From Methanomassiliicoccales archaeon (GTDB lineage: Archaea; Thermoplasmatota; Thermoplasmata; Methanomassiliicoccales; UBA472), in assembly GCA_035506675.1 (NCBI GenBank), contig DATJOX010000055.1, positions 10,951 through 74,950 of the forward strand: 64,000 nucleotides of DNA, written 5' to 3'. Of the stretch, positions 41,974-51,355 are shown piece after piece. A program made the translations under genes and the position numbers. The notes beneath the pieces are model-generated. The model was not told where the DNA came from. It saw nothing but the letters and a program-made list of their open reading frames with translations, and ran no database searches. Position 1 is the first letter of the stretch. Every line of letters starts with the position of its first letter.

Positions 41974-44394
41974 CTAGCCCGCTTCGATTTCGCTCGTGCC
42001 GTCATCCCGCTCGCGCACGAGGATTGCGCCCGAGATCAGATCCTTCACGTCCTCGACATGCGTGATCAGAATGATCTGGTTGAAGCGCTTGGACAGTTGA
42101 TTGAACGCCTGCACGATGTTGCGCTTGCGCACCTGGTCCTGAGAACCGAAGATCTCGTCGAGGATCAAGAATCCCAAGGCGCTGCCCGATCGCTCCGCGA
42201 TCATGCGCGAGATCGCCAGCCTCAGGCAAAGGTTCGCTAGGTCCGCCTCTCCACCGGAGAATCGCTCCAACGGGTACTTCTTCCCTCCATCGAGGACCTC
42301 GATCTCGTACTCGTCGGTTAGCTCGATGCCCGCGTACTTCGAGTCGGTCAACTCCTGGAACAGCTCGGAGCTGATCTCCGAGAGCGCGGGCGTGATGCGA
42401 GAAATGACCTCAAGGCGGAACGCTTTCATCGCGTCGCTGAGCGCGCCTTGCTCTTCGAGTCTGCGGGTCGCATCCGCGGCCCGCTCTTCCGCCTGAACCG
42501 CGTCCTGCAATTGGACGCGGGTTCCCGATGCCTGCGATTCGAGCGACGACATTTCTGACTGTTTGGAACTCAGCTCGCGGTTCTTCGCCAATAGAGAGTC
42601 GGTCGCCCGATCAGCTTCTTCTTGCGCCCGTTCAAGATCACCCACGAGGTAGGGAGACGAATCGATCGCCGTCTGCGCCGCGCGCACCGCCTCTTCCATT
42701 CGCGCTCGTTCTTCTTTCGCCTTCACAAGCGACGCTTCGACCTCCGGTCTCCTGAGCAGCTGGCCTCTGAGGAGCTGGAATCTCTCGACGTCCCCCTTGA
42801 TCGCCGTCAGCCTCTGCCTGGTCGTCGCGTATTCGGATTCATCGAATTCATCGGCTCCGATCTCGCCCATCTTCTGCTTGAGGTTCGCCTCTTCAGAATT
42901 CAAGCGCGAGATCCTGGACGCCCACTCCCCAAGCTGCGATCGGAGCGAAACCTCGTTCTCCCTCTCCCCCAGGAACTTGAGTCTTCTCTCCTCCAGCACC
43001 TTCACCTTCTGCCCCAGCGACGCCAAGCGAACCCTAGTTTCCTTCCACGCTTCCTCAAGCTGCTCCCTCTCCCCTCTCTTCTGTTTCAGTTCCCCGTTCA
43101 GTTTCTTGAGAAGTGTCTCGTGCTGTTCGCCCATTCTGCGTTCGCAGGTCGGACAGCAGCTGTCTGGACCAAGCTTCTCGATCTCCTTCGTTTTGTCGCT
43201 CATGTCATCGAACTCTTTGCGAAGGCGCTTGGCATCGTTCTCTTGTCCTCTCGCCTCTCCCCCCGCGGCGCGCTGCTGATCCCGCGCTTCGGCCAGTGAT
43301 GCCTCGACGGTCGCGAGCCGAGACGAGGGATCCTTGAGTGCCGCGAGAGCTTCGTTGGTCGAAACACGGCTCGCTTCCAGACCCCTGAGTTCCGAGCCGA
43401 TGCTCGCGAGCCGTTCCGAAATCGAGGCGAGCTCATCGTGACGTCTCCTCGCATCGTCGAGTCGGTCGCGTTGGCGCACCAGGTGCTCGTGCTCCTCGCA
43501 AGTCTTCTCAAGAGCCGCCGCACCCCTGCGCTTTGATTCGAGCTCGTCCAGTTGCCTTTCGAGATCGGTAACGTGACGAACCTGAGACGACAAGTCGCTC
43601 TTGCATCGATTGAGCACGTCGTTCGCCCTCTGATGAGCATCGCGCGCCGCGGCGGCCTCGCTGCGCCGGGTTTTCGCCTCGGTCAACTCACCTTCGAGGC
43701 CCTCGACACTGCCCTTGAGCTCATTGATTCGCTCTCCGATCTCGCTCTGCTTGGCTTCGATTGTGGCCAGGAACTGTTCGAGCGATCCTCTGCGCGCGCG
43801 TCCGTCTGGCAGCATAAGCGTCGACTGGAGTGCTTTCAGCTCGCTCTCAATGAGCCGGGCATCGCGATCGATCTCCACCACGACGTCGTCCAAGACGTCG
43901 ATCCCCAGCATCCGTCTTATCAGCCTCCTGCGCTCCTCGGCACGAAGCGAGCTGAGCGCGTTCAACTCCTTCTGCTTCGCGAAGACGGACACGAAGAACG
44001 CGCGGTGGTCCATTCCTAGGCGCTCAACGACCATATCGGTCACCGCACTGTCCCCCTTGGCCAGCAGCTTGCCTCCGACGGTCAGCGTCGCGTCCAGAAC
44101 GTTCCTCGCCCCTCTCATCGTGCGGCAGAGACGGTATTCCTCGCCCTCCATCTCGAATTCGAGCGTGACCGAGCAATCCTCGTTCGGGTACGCGGCGACC
44201 GACTTCACGCTCTCCTTGCCGGCGCGGACGATGCTGCTCTCGTTGCCGTATAACGACCAAGCGATCGCCTCGACGAGCGAGGATTTCCCCGAGCCGTTCC
44301 TGCCCACGATCCCCAGTATGCCGTCCGGAAGTTCGACCCGCGCCTCTCGGAACTTGCGGTAGTTGCGCAGCTCGAGGTACCTCAGTCTGATGAT
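41974..44394 (-). CDS. rad50: Rad50 DNA double-strand break repair ATPase
   Basis: Walker A GRNGSGKSS, long coiled coils, zinc hook CPTC (43144..43155), signature FSGGE and Walker B LILDEIF. The first canonical start (GTG 44307) would delete the conserved N-terminal strand. Coding appears to begin at ATC-ATC (44394..44389) or CTG (44385). Confidence 0.85.
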   Translation of the reverse strand: MIRLRYLELRNYRKFREARVELPDGILGIVGRNGSGKSSLVEAIAWSLYGNESSIVRAGKESVKSVAAYPNEDCSVTLEFEMEGEEYRLCRTMRGARNVLDATLTVGGKLLAKGDSAVTDMVVERLGMDHRAFFVSVFAKQKELNALSSLRAEERRRLIRRMLGIDVLDDVVVEIDRDARLIESELKALQSTLMLPDGRARRGSLEQFLATIEAKQSEIGERINELKGSVEGLEGELTEAKTRRSEAAAARDAHQRANDVLNRCKSDLSSQVRHVTDLERQLDELESKRRGAAALEKTCEEHEHLVRQRDRLDDARRRHDELASISERLASIGSELRGLEASRVSTNEALAALKDPSSRLATVEASLAEARDQQRAAGGEARGQENDAKRLRKEFDDMSDKTKEIEKLGPDSCCPTCERRMGEQHETLLKKLNGELKQKRGEREQLEEAWKETRVRLASLGQKVKVLEERRLKFLGERENEVSLRSQLGEWASRISRLNSEEANLKQKMGEIGADEFDESEYATTRQRLTAIKGDVERFQLLRGQLLRRPEVEASLVKAKEERARMEEAVRAAQTAIDSSPYLVGDLERAQEEADRATDSLLAKNRELSSKQSEMSSLESQASGTRVQLQDAVQAEERAADATRRLEEQGALSDAMKAFRLEVISRITPALSEISSELFQELTDSKYAGIELTDEYEIEVLDGGKKYPLERFSGGEADLANLCLRLAISRMIAERSGSALGFLILDEIFGSQDQVRKRNIVQAFNQLSKRFNQIILITHVEDVKDLISGAILVRERDDGTSEIEAG

Positions 44395-45500
44395 TCCAGC
44401 CCCCTCTGCAGGTACCTTAGGCCCGAGGCTCTCAACTTTCCCTTGTCCATCCTCTCGACCGGGTAGTGTTCGAGGAAGGATACGAACTCCTTCTCAAGAG
44501 AATCGATGTGGGTCGTCGCCCTCTGCCCGGCCGAAGCTTCCTGAGCCACCTCGAATCTCGCGTCGAAATGCATCGCGTCCGCGGTCGCGGAGCGAAGCCA
44601 GACGTGATCGATGGCGCGATACACCGCAGAGGGGACATCATCGACTCTGAGGCGCACGATCTTTCCCCCGAGCTCGGTGCCTTCGATTAGATCGCGCATC
44701 GCCGCCTTCAGTTCCTCCGCGCTCATCCGCCTCGCGTCGATTGGGGCGAGGTCGATCATCGCCCGTGTGGGGATCGGGACGAACTGCTTCTTGCGCTTTT
44801 CCAGGTCGACGATCACGAAGCCTTTCTCGTCGCCCGCCTCCGCGAAAGACAGCCGCTCCATTGAGCCGGAATAGGTGGCATTGCGCGTGACGTTCACATG
44901 CCCGTGGTAGTGACCGAGGGCAATGTAGTCCAGGCTCTCGTTGAGCGTGGACACCGGAACGACCTGCTCGTTGAACTCGCCCATTCGGAAATCCTGGATG
45001 CTCGCGACGCCCACGTGCAGCATCCCGACGTTCACCTTGCCAGGCCGAGGCTTCATCTCCGCCATCGCATTCTGTAGCGCCTCGCCTTCGCAATGCGGAA
45101 CGGCGTGCACGGCCAGATCGCCCAGCTCGATCTGCTCGTATTCGCCCTTGTAGACTGGATGAACGTCTTTCAAGTGCTCGAAGACCTTGAAGACAGAACC
45201 CGTTTCGCGGAGCTTGGGAGTGGAATGGTTTCCCGCGATGACCACCGTTGGAACTCCCGCCTCCGAGATCCTCGCGAACTGATCCAGAGCGAACGAGAGC
45301 GCTCTGTTAGATGGCCGCACCGAGTCGAACACATCGCCCGAGTGCAGGACGACGTCCACCTTTGCTTCGAGTATCGCATCGACCGCGCGCTCGAACGCTT
45401 GATAGAAGTCGACCTCCCTCTGGTTCAGTCCGGACTCCTCGTCCAATCGGCCGTAGGCAGAGAAGCCGAGGTGGGTGTCCGAGACGTGCGCTATTCTCAT
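44382..45500 (-). CDS. mre11: Mre11 nuclease
   Basis: HVSDTHLG, HSGDVFD and IAGNHSTP phosphoesterase motifs. I chose ATG 45500, 29 nt after the TATA box; the longest ORF starts at 45554. Confidence 0.85.
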   Translation of the reverse strand: MRIAHVSDTHLGFSAYGRLDEESGLNQREVDFYQAFERAVDAILEAKVDVVLHSGDVFDSVRPSNRALSFALDQFARISEAGVPTVVIAGNHSTPKLRETGSVFKVFEHLKDVHPVYKGEYEQIELGDLAVHAVPHCEGEALQNAMAEMKPRPGKVNVGMLHVGVASIQDFRMGEFNEQVVPVSTLNESLDYIALGHYHGHVNVTRNATYSGSMERLSFAEAGDEKGFVIVDLEKRKKQFVPIPTRAMIDLAPIDARRMSAEELKAAMRDLIEGTELGGKIVRLRVDDVPSAVYRAIDHVWLRSATADAMHFDARFEVAQEASAGQRATTHIDSLEKEFVSFLEHYPVERMDKGKLRASGLRYLQRGLESSD

Positions 45501-45528
45501 CAGAACTCGCTCAGCCAACGCCTTGCTG

Positions 45529-45535
45529 AATAAAG
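45529..45535 (-). promoter_or_regulatory. TATA box for mre11-rad50
   Basis: gAATAAAGg on the + strand (CTTTATT on the - strand), 29 nt upstream of ATG 45500. Confidence 0.4.
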
Positions 45536-45565
45536 GGGTTTTGTGTAACTGCACCGAAAGTGCGC

Positions 45566-47347
45566 CTACCGCCCTTTGCCCGCTTCTTCGTTCGTTTCGA
45601 GGATGTTCGTCGTCAAAGCCTGCTGCATCTTGGCGTAGGTGGAATGGAAGAAATCCCAGAGCAGGTACCCGAAGACCACTCCAATGATGATGAAGATCAG
45701 CGCCAGTCCAGGGCGGAGGTCGACGAAGACCGCGGCGAAGGGCAGGACCGCCAGCAGGAGGATCAGGATGACGAATAGGCGTATCAATTTCCTTAGCACG
45801 CGGTACGCGAAGGAATCCATCATCACCTGGTGGCCGTGAGTGTCGAGGATGCTCGCGGCCATGACCCGGACCACGTTCCTCAGCTTGGTTCCCATGCTCG
45901 CGACCACCGGTAGCGATAAGGCAATGGTGACCACTAGGGCGAGTACCGACGATCCTACCCCAAGCGTTTGCGCGATCGGATCGAGGACTATTCCGAATCC
46001 CTTGAGCACGAGAGCGAGGAAGACGATGATCACGACGATGACGATGTCGATGAATATCCAGAAGAACTCACGGCGAAGCTGCCAGCGCCACTCGGCCGAG
46101 GCACGCAGCCGTCCGCGCACCTCCGCGCGCACCGCCTCGATGGCACCCATCGTGCTCAGGAAGCGTTTCGGCGCTCTCTTCGCCAGGCCATCGAACGCCC
46201 GACCGCCGTTCTTCGCGGAGATTGGTAGAAGCACCATGGTGATCAGCGCCGCCCCCACGACCGCGGAGTAGAACGCGTCGGTGACCGCGCCCGCCGCCAC
46301 CCCCTGTTTCGCGATCACGAACGAGAACTCGCCCATCGCAACCACGCTCGCGCCCAATAGGAACAATGTCCTCGCGGGCAGGTTCGCGATGTAGCCAGCG
46401 AACGTTACGGAGAACGTCTTCGCAGCAATGAACACGAGCGCGATGATGATCGCTGGAATAATGTTCAAGATGACGAGATTCGGCTGGATGAGCATTCCGA
46501 TGGAGACGAAGAAGACCGCCAGGAACATCTCCTTGATCGGCCTGACCTTCTCCTCGATCCGGCAACAAGAGTCCGCGTGGCCGAGGATCACTCCCATCAC
46601 GAACGCTCCAATCGCGACCGATAGGCCGATCGCCGCGGCCACAAGGGCCATGCTGAACCCGAGGCCAAGCGCGACGAGCATCAGCGTTTCGCTGCTGTAC
46701 CCTCTGGCCACCCGGTCCACCAGCCGCGGGATGAGCGCCACGCCGAGGACCAGCGAGAAAGCGACGAAGAGCGCGATCACGATGAGGATGTCGATCGCGT
46801 CCGATAGCTGAGGGACCTGGCCCGACAGCAGCGGAGAGGTCAGGGTCAAGAGCACGACCGCGGCGATGTCCTCGACGATGAGGATGCCGATCATCGGCTG
46901 CGCGAAGTCGTCCTTGAGCTTGCCCATCCCGCCCAGTACGCTGAGGATGACTGCGGTGGAGCTGATGGACATGATCGCGCCCAAGAACACCGACTCGACG
47001 AACGGGTAGCCGAGCGCGCTGCCGAGCGAATAGCCGATGGTGAGGGTGATGAGCACCTCGATCGTGCCCGCCAGCATCGCGAAGCCGCCGATCCTGCGAA
47101 GCTTGGTGAAATTGAACTCCAGACCGATGGAGAACATCAGCAGAACGATGCCCAGGTCAGCGAGGAAATTGACGATGTTCATGTCGATTTGGAACACCGA
47201 GCCGAGGCCGCGCGGGCCGAGCACCATACCCGCGGCCAGATAACCGATGACCGCCGGGAAACGCAGCTTCGTGAAGACGACCGACGAGATGCCCGCGATG
47301 ATCATTATCATCGCCATTCCTAGGAGCATCTGAGTGGTGTTGTCCAT
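45566..47347 (-). CDS. Cation:proton antiporter (CPA2/Kef-type Na+/H+ exchanger family) with extra C-terminal TM segments
   Basis: FPAVIGYLAAGMVLGP start, about 13 TM segments, 593 aa. Confidence 0.8.
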   Translation of the reverse strand: MDNTTQMLLGMAMIMIIAGISSVVFTKLRFPAVIGYLAAGMVLGPRGLGSVFQIDMNIVNFLADLGIVLLMFSIGLEFNFTKLRRIGGFAMLAGTIEVLITLTIGYSLGSALGYPFVESVFLGAIMSISSTAVILSVLGGMGKLKDDFAQPMIGILIVEDIAAVVLLTLTSPLLSGQVPQLSDAIDILIVIALFVAFSLVLGVALIPRLVDRVARGYSSETLMLVALGLGFSMALVAAAIGLSVAIGAFVMGVILGHADSCCRIEEKVRPIKEMFLAVFFVSIGMLIQPNLVILNIIPAIIIALVFIAAKTFSVTFAGYIANLPARTLFLLGASVVAMGEFSFVIAKQGVAAGAVTDAFYSAVVGAALITMVLLPISAKNGGRAFDGLAKRAPKRFLSTMGAIEAVRAEVRGRLRASAEWRWQLRREFFWIFIDIVIVVIIVFLALVLKGFGIVLDPIAQTLGVGSSVLALVVTIALSLPVVASMGTKLRNVVRVMAASILDTHGHQVMMDSFAYRVLRKLIRLFVILILLLAVLPFAAVFVDLRPGLALIFIIIGVVFGYLLWDFFHSTYAKMQQALTTNILETNEEAGKGR

Positions 47348-47376
47348 CGCCTTCGCTCCGATATCGTCTTCGATTC

Positions 47377-48927
47377 TTAGAAGAACTTCCTGTCGGCGCT
47401 CGCCTTGGTCGGGGTTCGGCCCGCCACTTCCTTCGCGCTCGCGTCCTCAGCTTTAACGTAGTCCTCGTACAGATGCACCTTCACCGGCACCGCGAAGGGG
47501 GTGAACGGAGAGGCGATGAGCGCTTCCCCGGGCATCAGCATCTGGACCTCGTTGTCGAGCATCGAGATGTCCTGCTTGGCCGAGTTCCTGAGTATGTCGC
47601 GGTCACGCTTGTCCGCCAGCCCCAGAATGAAGAGGGTGTTGAACTGGGAGATGATCTCCTCGTTAATGAGCTTGGGTTGCTGGGAGACCGCACACAGACC
47701 GACCTTGAACTTGCGCCCCTCGCGCGCGATCTGCGAGAACACCGTACCCTTTGACTGAGAGAGCACGCGCTGCGCCTCCTCCATGGCTATGAGGAGCGGG
47801 GGAAGCGACTCGAAGCGCTCGCGGTCCGTGTAGAGCGCCTTGTTGTGCTCGAAGATCGCTCTCGCCAGGACGGTCGAAATGAGAAGCTCCTCCGCCTCGA
47901 ACATATTGCTCGTGTCCACCAAGACGACCTTCCCCGCTTCGAGGCTGGAGATCACCTGGTTCGTGATCGAGAAACGCTGGTCCGTGGTGATGAGATCGAA
48001 CCTGAAGATGCTCTCGAGACGCCGCCTTATCACGTTCACCGTGCCCTCGTGGAACTTGCCTCCCAGCTCTTCCACCACCACGCTCGTCTCCTTCGTATTG
48101 AGATCCGTGAGCCAGGTGCGACCGTAGCGCCACTGCGCCGCCTGCAGGCATTCGAGCTGTGCGCCCGTGAACTCGTAGAGGTTCGCGAGGTCGTCGATCT
48201 CTATCTCGAGCGACGAGATCTTCAGAGGGTTGTACGGCCCGTCGAGCTTCCTCGACGAGAACACCTCCAGGCCATCCTTGTACGGCGAGTGCTTCAGCCC
48301 CTTCTTCGCCGACTCGCCACCATCGTAGTACTCGCCGTGCGGATCGAGCACCAGGAACCCGTAGCGTCGCAGCTTCATGCAGGAAGCGGCGAGATCCTTC
48401 ATGAGGTTGCTCTTGCCCATGCCAGTCGTGGCGAAGATGCCGACGTGGTAAGGCATCGCCTTCCCCGCGAAGCCCACCGGGAGGTCGATCACCCTGTCGC
48501 CAGAACGAAGGCGCCCCACCTCGATGTCGCCGAGGTGCGCCCCGAGGAAATCGTAGTCGGAACGTTCCGGCCTTCGCACCTTCGAGAAGTGTGAGGGGAT
48601 CGACTTCGCCTTGCGGAACTCCTTCCCTGAGAGATAGCCGAGCGGAGTGCAGACGCCGATCTTGTAAAGGCGGTCCGCGAACACCGCGGTATCGGTCCGC
48701 TCTTCGTCCTCGTCCTTGCGCAGCATCAGCCCGGCCTCGCGCTGCATCCAGTCGGGAGTCTCGGCGTCCGCGCCGTGCTCCACGTCCATCACCCGGATGA
48801 GGTAGCGGATCTCGGAGCTCTCCTCCTCCACGATCAGCATCTCGCCCACCTGGACGTTCTCGTTGCCCATGGCTCGGAAGCGAATCTCCATCACCGAATT
48901 GCCGTACACCCTGCCGATGTGAGGCAT
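47377..48927 (-). CDS. herA: HerA-type hexameric ATPase/helicase (HAS barrel plus DUF87 ATPase)
   Basis: VGIFATTGMGKSN Walker A, LVLDPHGEY, LLIAMEEAQ and IAREGRKFKVGLCAVSQQP. I chose ATG 48927, with a TTTATA box 36 nt upstream. Confidence 0.75.
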   Translation of the reverse strand: MPHIGRVYGNSVMEIRFRAMGNENVQVGEMLIVEEESSEIRYLIRVMDVEHGADAETPDWMQREAGLMLRKDEDEERTDTAVFADRLYKIGVCTPLGYLSGKEFRKAKSIPSHFSKVRRPERSDYDFLGAHLGDIEVGRLRSGDRVIDLPVGFAGKAMPYHVGIFATTGMGKSNLMKDLAASCMKLRRYGFLVLDPHGEYYDGGESAKKGLKHSPYKDGLEVFSSRKLDGPYNPLKISSLEIEIDDLANLYEFTGAQLECLQAAQWRYGRTWLTDLNTKETSVVVEELGGKFHEGTVNVIRRRLESIFRFDLITTDQRFSITNQVISSLEAGKVVLVDTSNMFEAEELLISTVLARAIFEHNKALYTDRERFESLPPLLIAMEEAQRVLSQSKGTVFSQIAREGRKFKVGLCAVSQQPKLINEEIISQFNTLFILGLADKRDRDILRNSAKQDISMLDNEVQMLMPGEALIASPFTPFAVPVKVHLYEDYVKAEDASAKEVAGRTPTKASADRKFF

Positions 48928-49045
48928 CCCGACACCCTTGCCCTGGCTATCCGTTGCGCGCCTATAAACGATTCTAGCGAGCGTCGAAGCCGATGTGGCA
49001 TACATCAGAAGGTATATGTTGTGGCGGCGCGAGAAACAACTGGCG

Positions 49046-49555
49046 ATGACGAGCCTGACCTCCAGGATTCAGGGCCTGACTCCTCTCTTGGTCGTGCTCT
49101 TCATCGGTCTGACCCTTGCCACTGGCGGCGAGAATGAGGGAGGCGGATTCGGAGGGACGGCCGTTGCGCTCACTGGCCGAATCGCGTTCCACGCTTCGTT
49201 CGGCATCATAGCTTTCGTCCTGGTCCTTGGCCACATTGTTCTGAATCGCCGCTCGGCGGTCTTCAAGACCAAACGCCTCTTCTCCATATCGGCCAAGGGC
49301 AACGATTTGTCACAGAGGCTGAACGCGTTGGTACCGCTCCTCTTGCTGCCCTCTCTTGGGCTAACTATCCTCACGGGGCTGATGGACAGCGGTCTCATCC
49401 AGGCGGGGAGGGTCGTCGGGGAGGGCGAAGGCGGCTTGCACGCCGTCTTCATTGGCCTCACGATCCTGCTCGGGCTCGTTCACATGGCGCTGAACAGCAA
49501 GATGCTGATGTTCCAGCTCACCCGCGCCTTCTCGCTCGGCGGGAAGAGAGGATGA
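49046..49555 (+). CDS. Four-TM membrane protein with conserved histidines (DUF4405/cytochrome-b-like appearance)
   Basis: ATG 49046 lies 29 nt after gTATATg. There are four hydrophobic helices with His in FHASF, LGHIVLN, LHAVF and LVHMALN. Confidence 0.5.
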   Translation: MTSLTSRIQGLTPLLVVLFIGLTLATGGENEGGGFGGTAVALTGRIAFHASFGIIAFVLVLGHIVLNRRSAVFKTKRLFSISAKGNDLSQRLNALVPLLLLPSLGLTILTGLMDSGLIQAGRVVGEGEGGLHAVFIGLTILLGLVHMALNSKMLMFQLTRAFSLGGKRG

Positions 49556-49623
49556 TTCGGGAACTAATCACTTGAACGACCGAAAGCGCCAAGCTTATCT
49601 CGTCCTGAGGTAATGGCTGCTGG

Positions 49624-50553
49624 ATGAGTCCAGACCTGCTGCGGTTGAGCGCTAGTGAAGGCCGCACCAGGCCACGGGCGAAGGTGGTCGGGATCGGAGG
49701 GGCGGGCTGCAACGTGGTCTCCGATTCGCCCCTTCCTGGGATCGCCGTTTGCCGGGAAGGAGAGCGACCGCCGCTGGCAAAGGGATCGTCGCCTTGTCAC
49801 CTTACCACAGATCACGTCAAGCTCTTCAAGACCACCGCGCCACAGATGCTCGGGACGATCGCGGGGAACCTGCGCGACGGCATCTTCTCGGCGATAGGCG
49901 AAGGGGACATGATCTTCTTGTTCGCCGGTCTCGGAGGCGAGACAGGCAGCCACGTCACGCCTGCGCTGGCGAACATTTGCAGGCGGCACTACAAGCTCGT
50001 GGTCGCCTCGGCCGCACTGCCGTTCTCGGTCGAGGGCAGCGAGCGCCACTATCTGGCATCGCAGTCCATGGAGAAGCTCCTCGAGCACTCGGACCTCGTT
50101 CTCACCTACGCCAACGATAGCCTGCTGAAGATCGTGCCGAATCTGCCGCTGAGGAAGGCCTTCGCAGCCATGGACGTGATCATGATGGCGCCGGTGATCG
50201 ACCTGATATCGGTGCTCACCACCGAGGACCTCACGCAGCTGCGTGCGGACTTCTCGGGGTCAAAGCGGGTGCGCGCTGGCATCGGCATCGCCGGGGGCAT
50301 GGATCGAGAGCCGCGGGCGGTGGAGGAAGCGTTCAGCTCGCCTTGGTTCGACATCAATCTGGATCAAGTGCGTTGCGCGTTGGTGATCGTGACATCTTCC
50401 GACCCCGATCCTAAATCGGAGGAGTCGATCGCGAGGAACGTTTCGTTCCGGCTTCCGAACGCGCGGGTTCGATATGGCAGCAGGAAGGACCCTGAGATGG
50501 GAGAGAAGGTCAGGGTCATGGTGCTGGTAGGAATCGGGGTCCCTCGCCCCTGA
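49624..50553 (+). CDS. Divergent, compact FtsZ/tubulin-superfamily protein with degenerate GTP-binding loops
   Basis: VVGIGGAGCN (G-box), FAGLGGETGSH in place of GGGTGSG, PFSVEGSER...ANDSLL, AFAAMDVIMMAPVIDLISVL (T7/H8 region), and a C-terminal domain (GIGIAGG...ALVIVTSS...VMVLVGIG). 309 aa with no C-terminal tail. Confidence 0.65.
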   Translation: MSPDLLRLSASEGRTRPRAKVVGIGGAGCNVVSDSPLPGIAVCREGERPPLAKGSSPCHLTTDHVKLFKTTAPQMLGTIAGNLRDGIFSAIGEGDMIFLFAGLGGETGSHVTPALANICRRHYKLVVASAALPFSVEGSERHYLASQSMEKLLEHSDLVLTYANDSLLKIVPNLPLRKAFAAMDVIMMAPVIDLISVLTTEDLTQLRADFSGSKRVRAGIGIAGGMDREPRAVEEAFSSPWFDINLDQVRCALVIVTSSDPDPKSEESIARNVSFRLPNARVRYGSRKDPEMGEKVRVMVLVGIGVPRP

Positions 50554-50554
50554 G

Positions 50555-51346
50555 TCACTCCTTGGCGATCTCCGGAGGGGCGTGCGCGAACTTCCCCAGC
50601 GCTTCCGCCTCCATGAAATGCAATTTGCCAGGGAGCACTAGAGCGTGCAGTGGCGGCCCCATGTCGACCTGGGCCATTTCCTTGGCAGGTCCAGCGAGGA
50701 GCCTTTCCGAAGAGGAGCCCACGCGCGCCGCCATGCAGACGAGCGTGTCGTCGCGCATCAGCCCTCCGCCGATCCGTTTCTCCGCATCCAGAAGCCAGCG
50801 AACGCCCTCGGCCGCGGACATGTAGCGCCCCTCGCTCTCTCTGATGTCCAGGAGGATGAGGGAATGCAGTCCTCGGCGGTTGTTCTCGAGGATGTTCTCG
50901 TAGGGGCTTGAGGGCAGGAAGTTCTTCTCCGCGAAGGGCAGAGTGATCGTCCTTCCGAACTTGTATGGCTGTAGACCGAGCGCGGAGGCGCAGGCGGTGA
51001 AGATGGAGACTCCGTGCACGAGCCTGGTCGCGATACCGAGCTCGATCGCGTGCAGGCGCAGGTCCACGTGCGTCGTCGCCGCCATCGTGTCCCCGGCGGT
51101 CACGAATGCGACCCTCTTCGATCTCGCCTCCTCCACGACCTCCTCCCCCTCCTCGACCTCGGCGCGCTCGAGCATCTTGATTCTCTTGCCGATCAGGGCC
51201 TCGAGGGCCTTCACATCCGAATCGATGAGCTTGGAGGTGTAGAACTCGCCGAAGACAAGATCGCACGATTTCAACTCTTCCAGCGCGCGCAGGCTCATAT
51301 CCTGGACCGTGCCAAGCCCTAAACCGACAAATACCAATTCGCCCAT
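50555..51346 (-). CDS. dph5: Diphthine synthase
   Basis: LVFVGLGLG...LEELKSCDLVFGEFYTS and the tetrapyrrole-methylase fold pattern; 263 aa. Confidence 0.85.
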   Translation of the reverse strand: MGELVFVGLGLGTVQDMSLRALEELKSCDLVFGEFYTSKLIDSDVKALEALIGKRIKMLERAEVEEGEEVVEEARSKRVAFVTAGDTMAATTHVDLRLHAIELGIATRLVHGVSIFTACASALGLQPYKFGRTITLPFAEKNFLPSSPYENILENNRRGLHSLILLDIRESEGRYMSAAEGVRWLLDAEKRIGGGLMRDDTLVCMAARVGSSSERLLAGPAKEMAQVDMGPPLHALVLPGKLHFMEAEALGKFAHAPPEIAKE

Positions 51347-51355
51347 GCAATCACC

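Noticed and set aside
47377-48927. HerA-like ATPase as part of an anti-phage system (Sir2-HerA or DUF4297-HerA type).
   Set aside because: No effector gene (Sir2, DUF4297, nuclease) is adjacent. The neighbours are an ion antiporter and mre11-rad50, which fits the housekeeping DSB-repair HerA.
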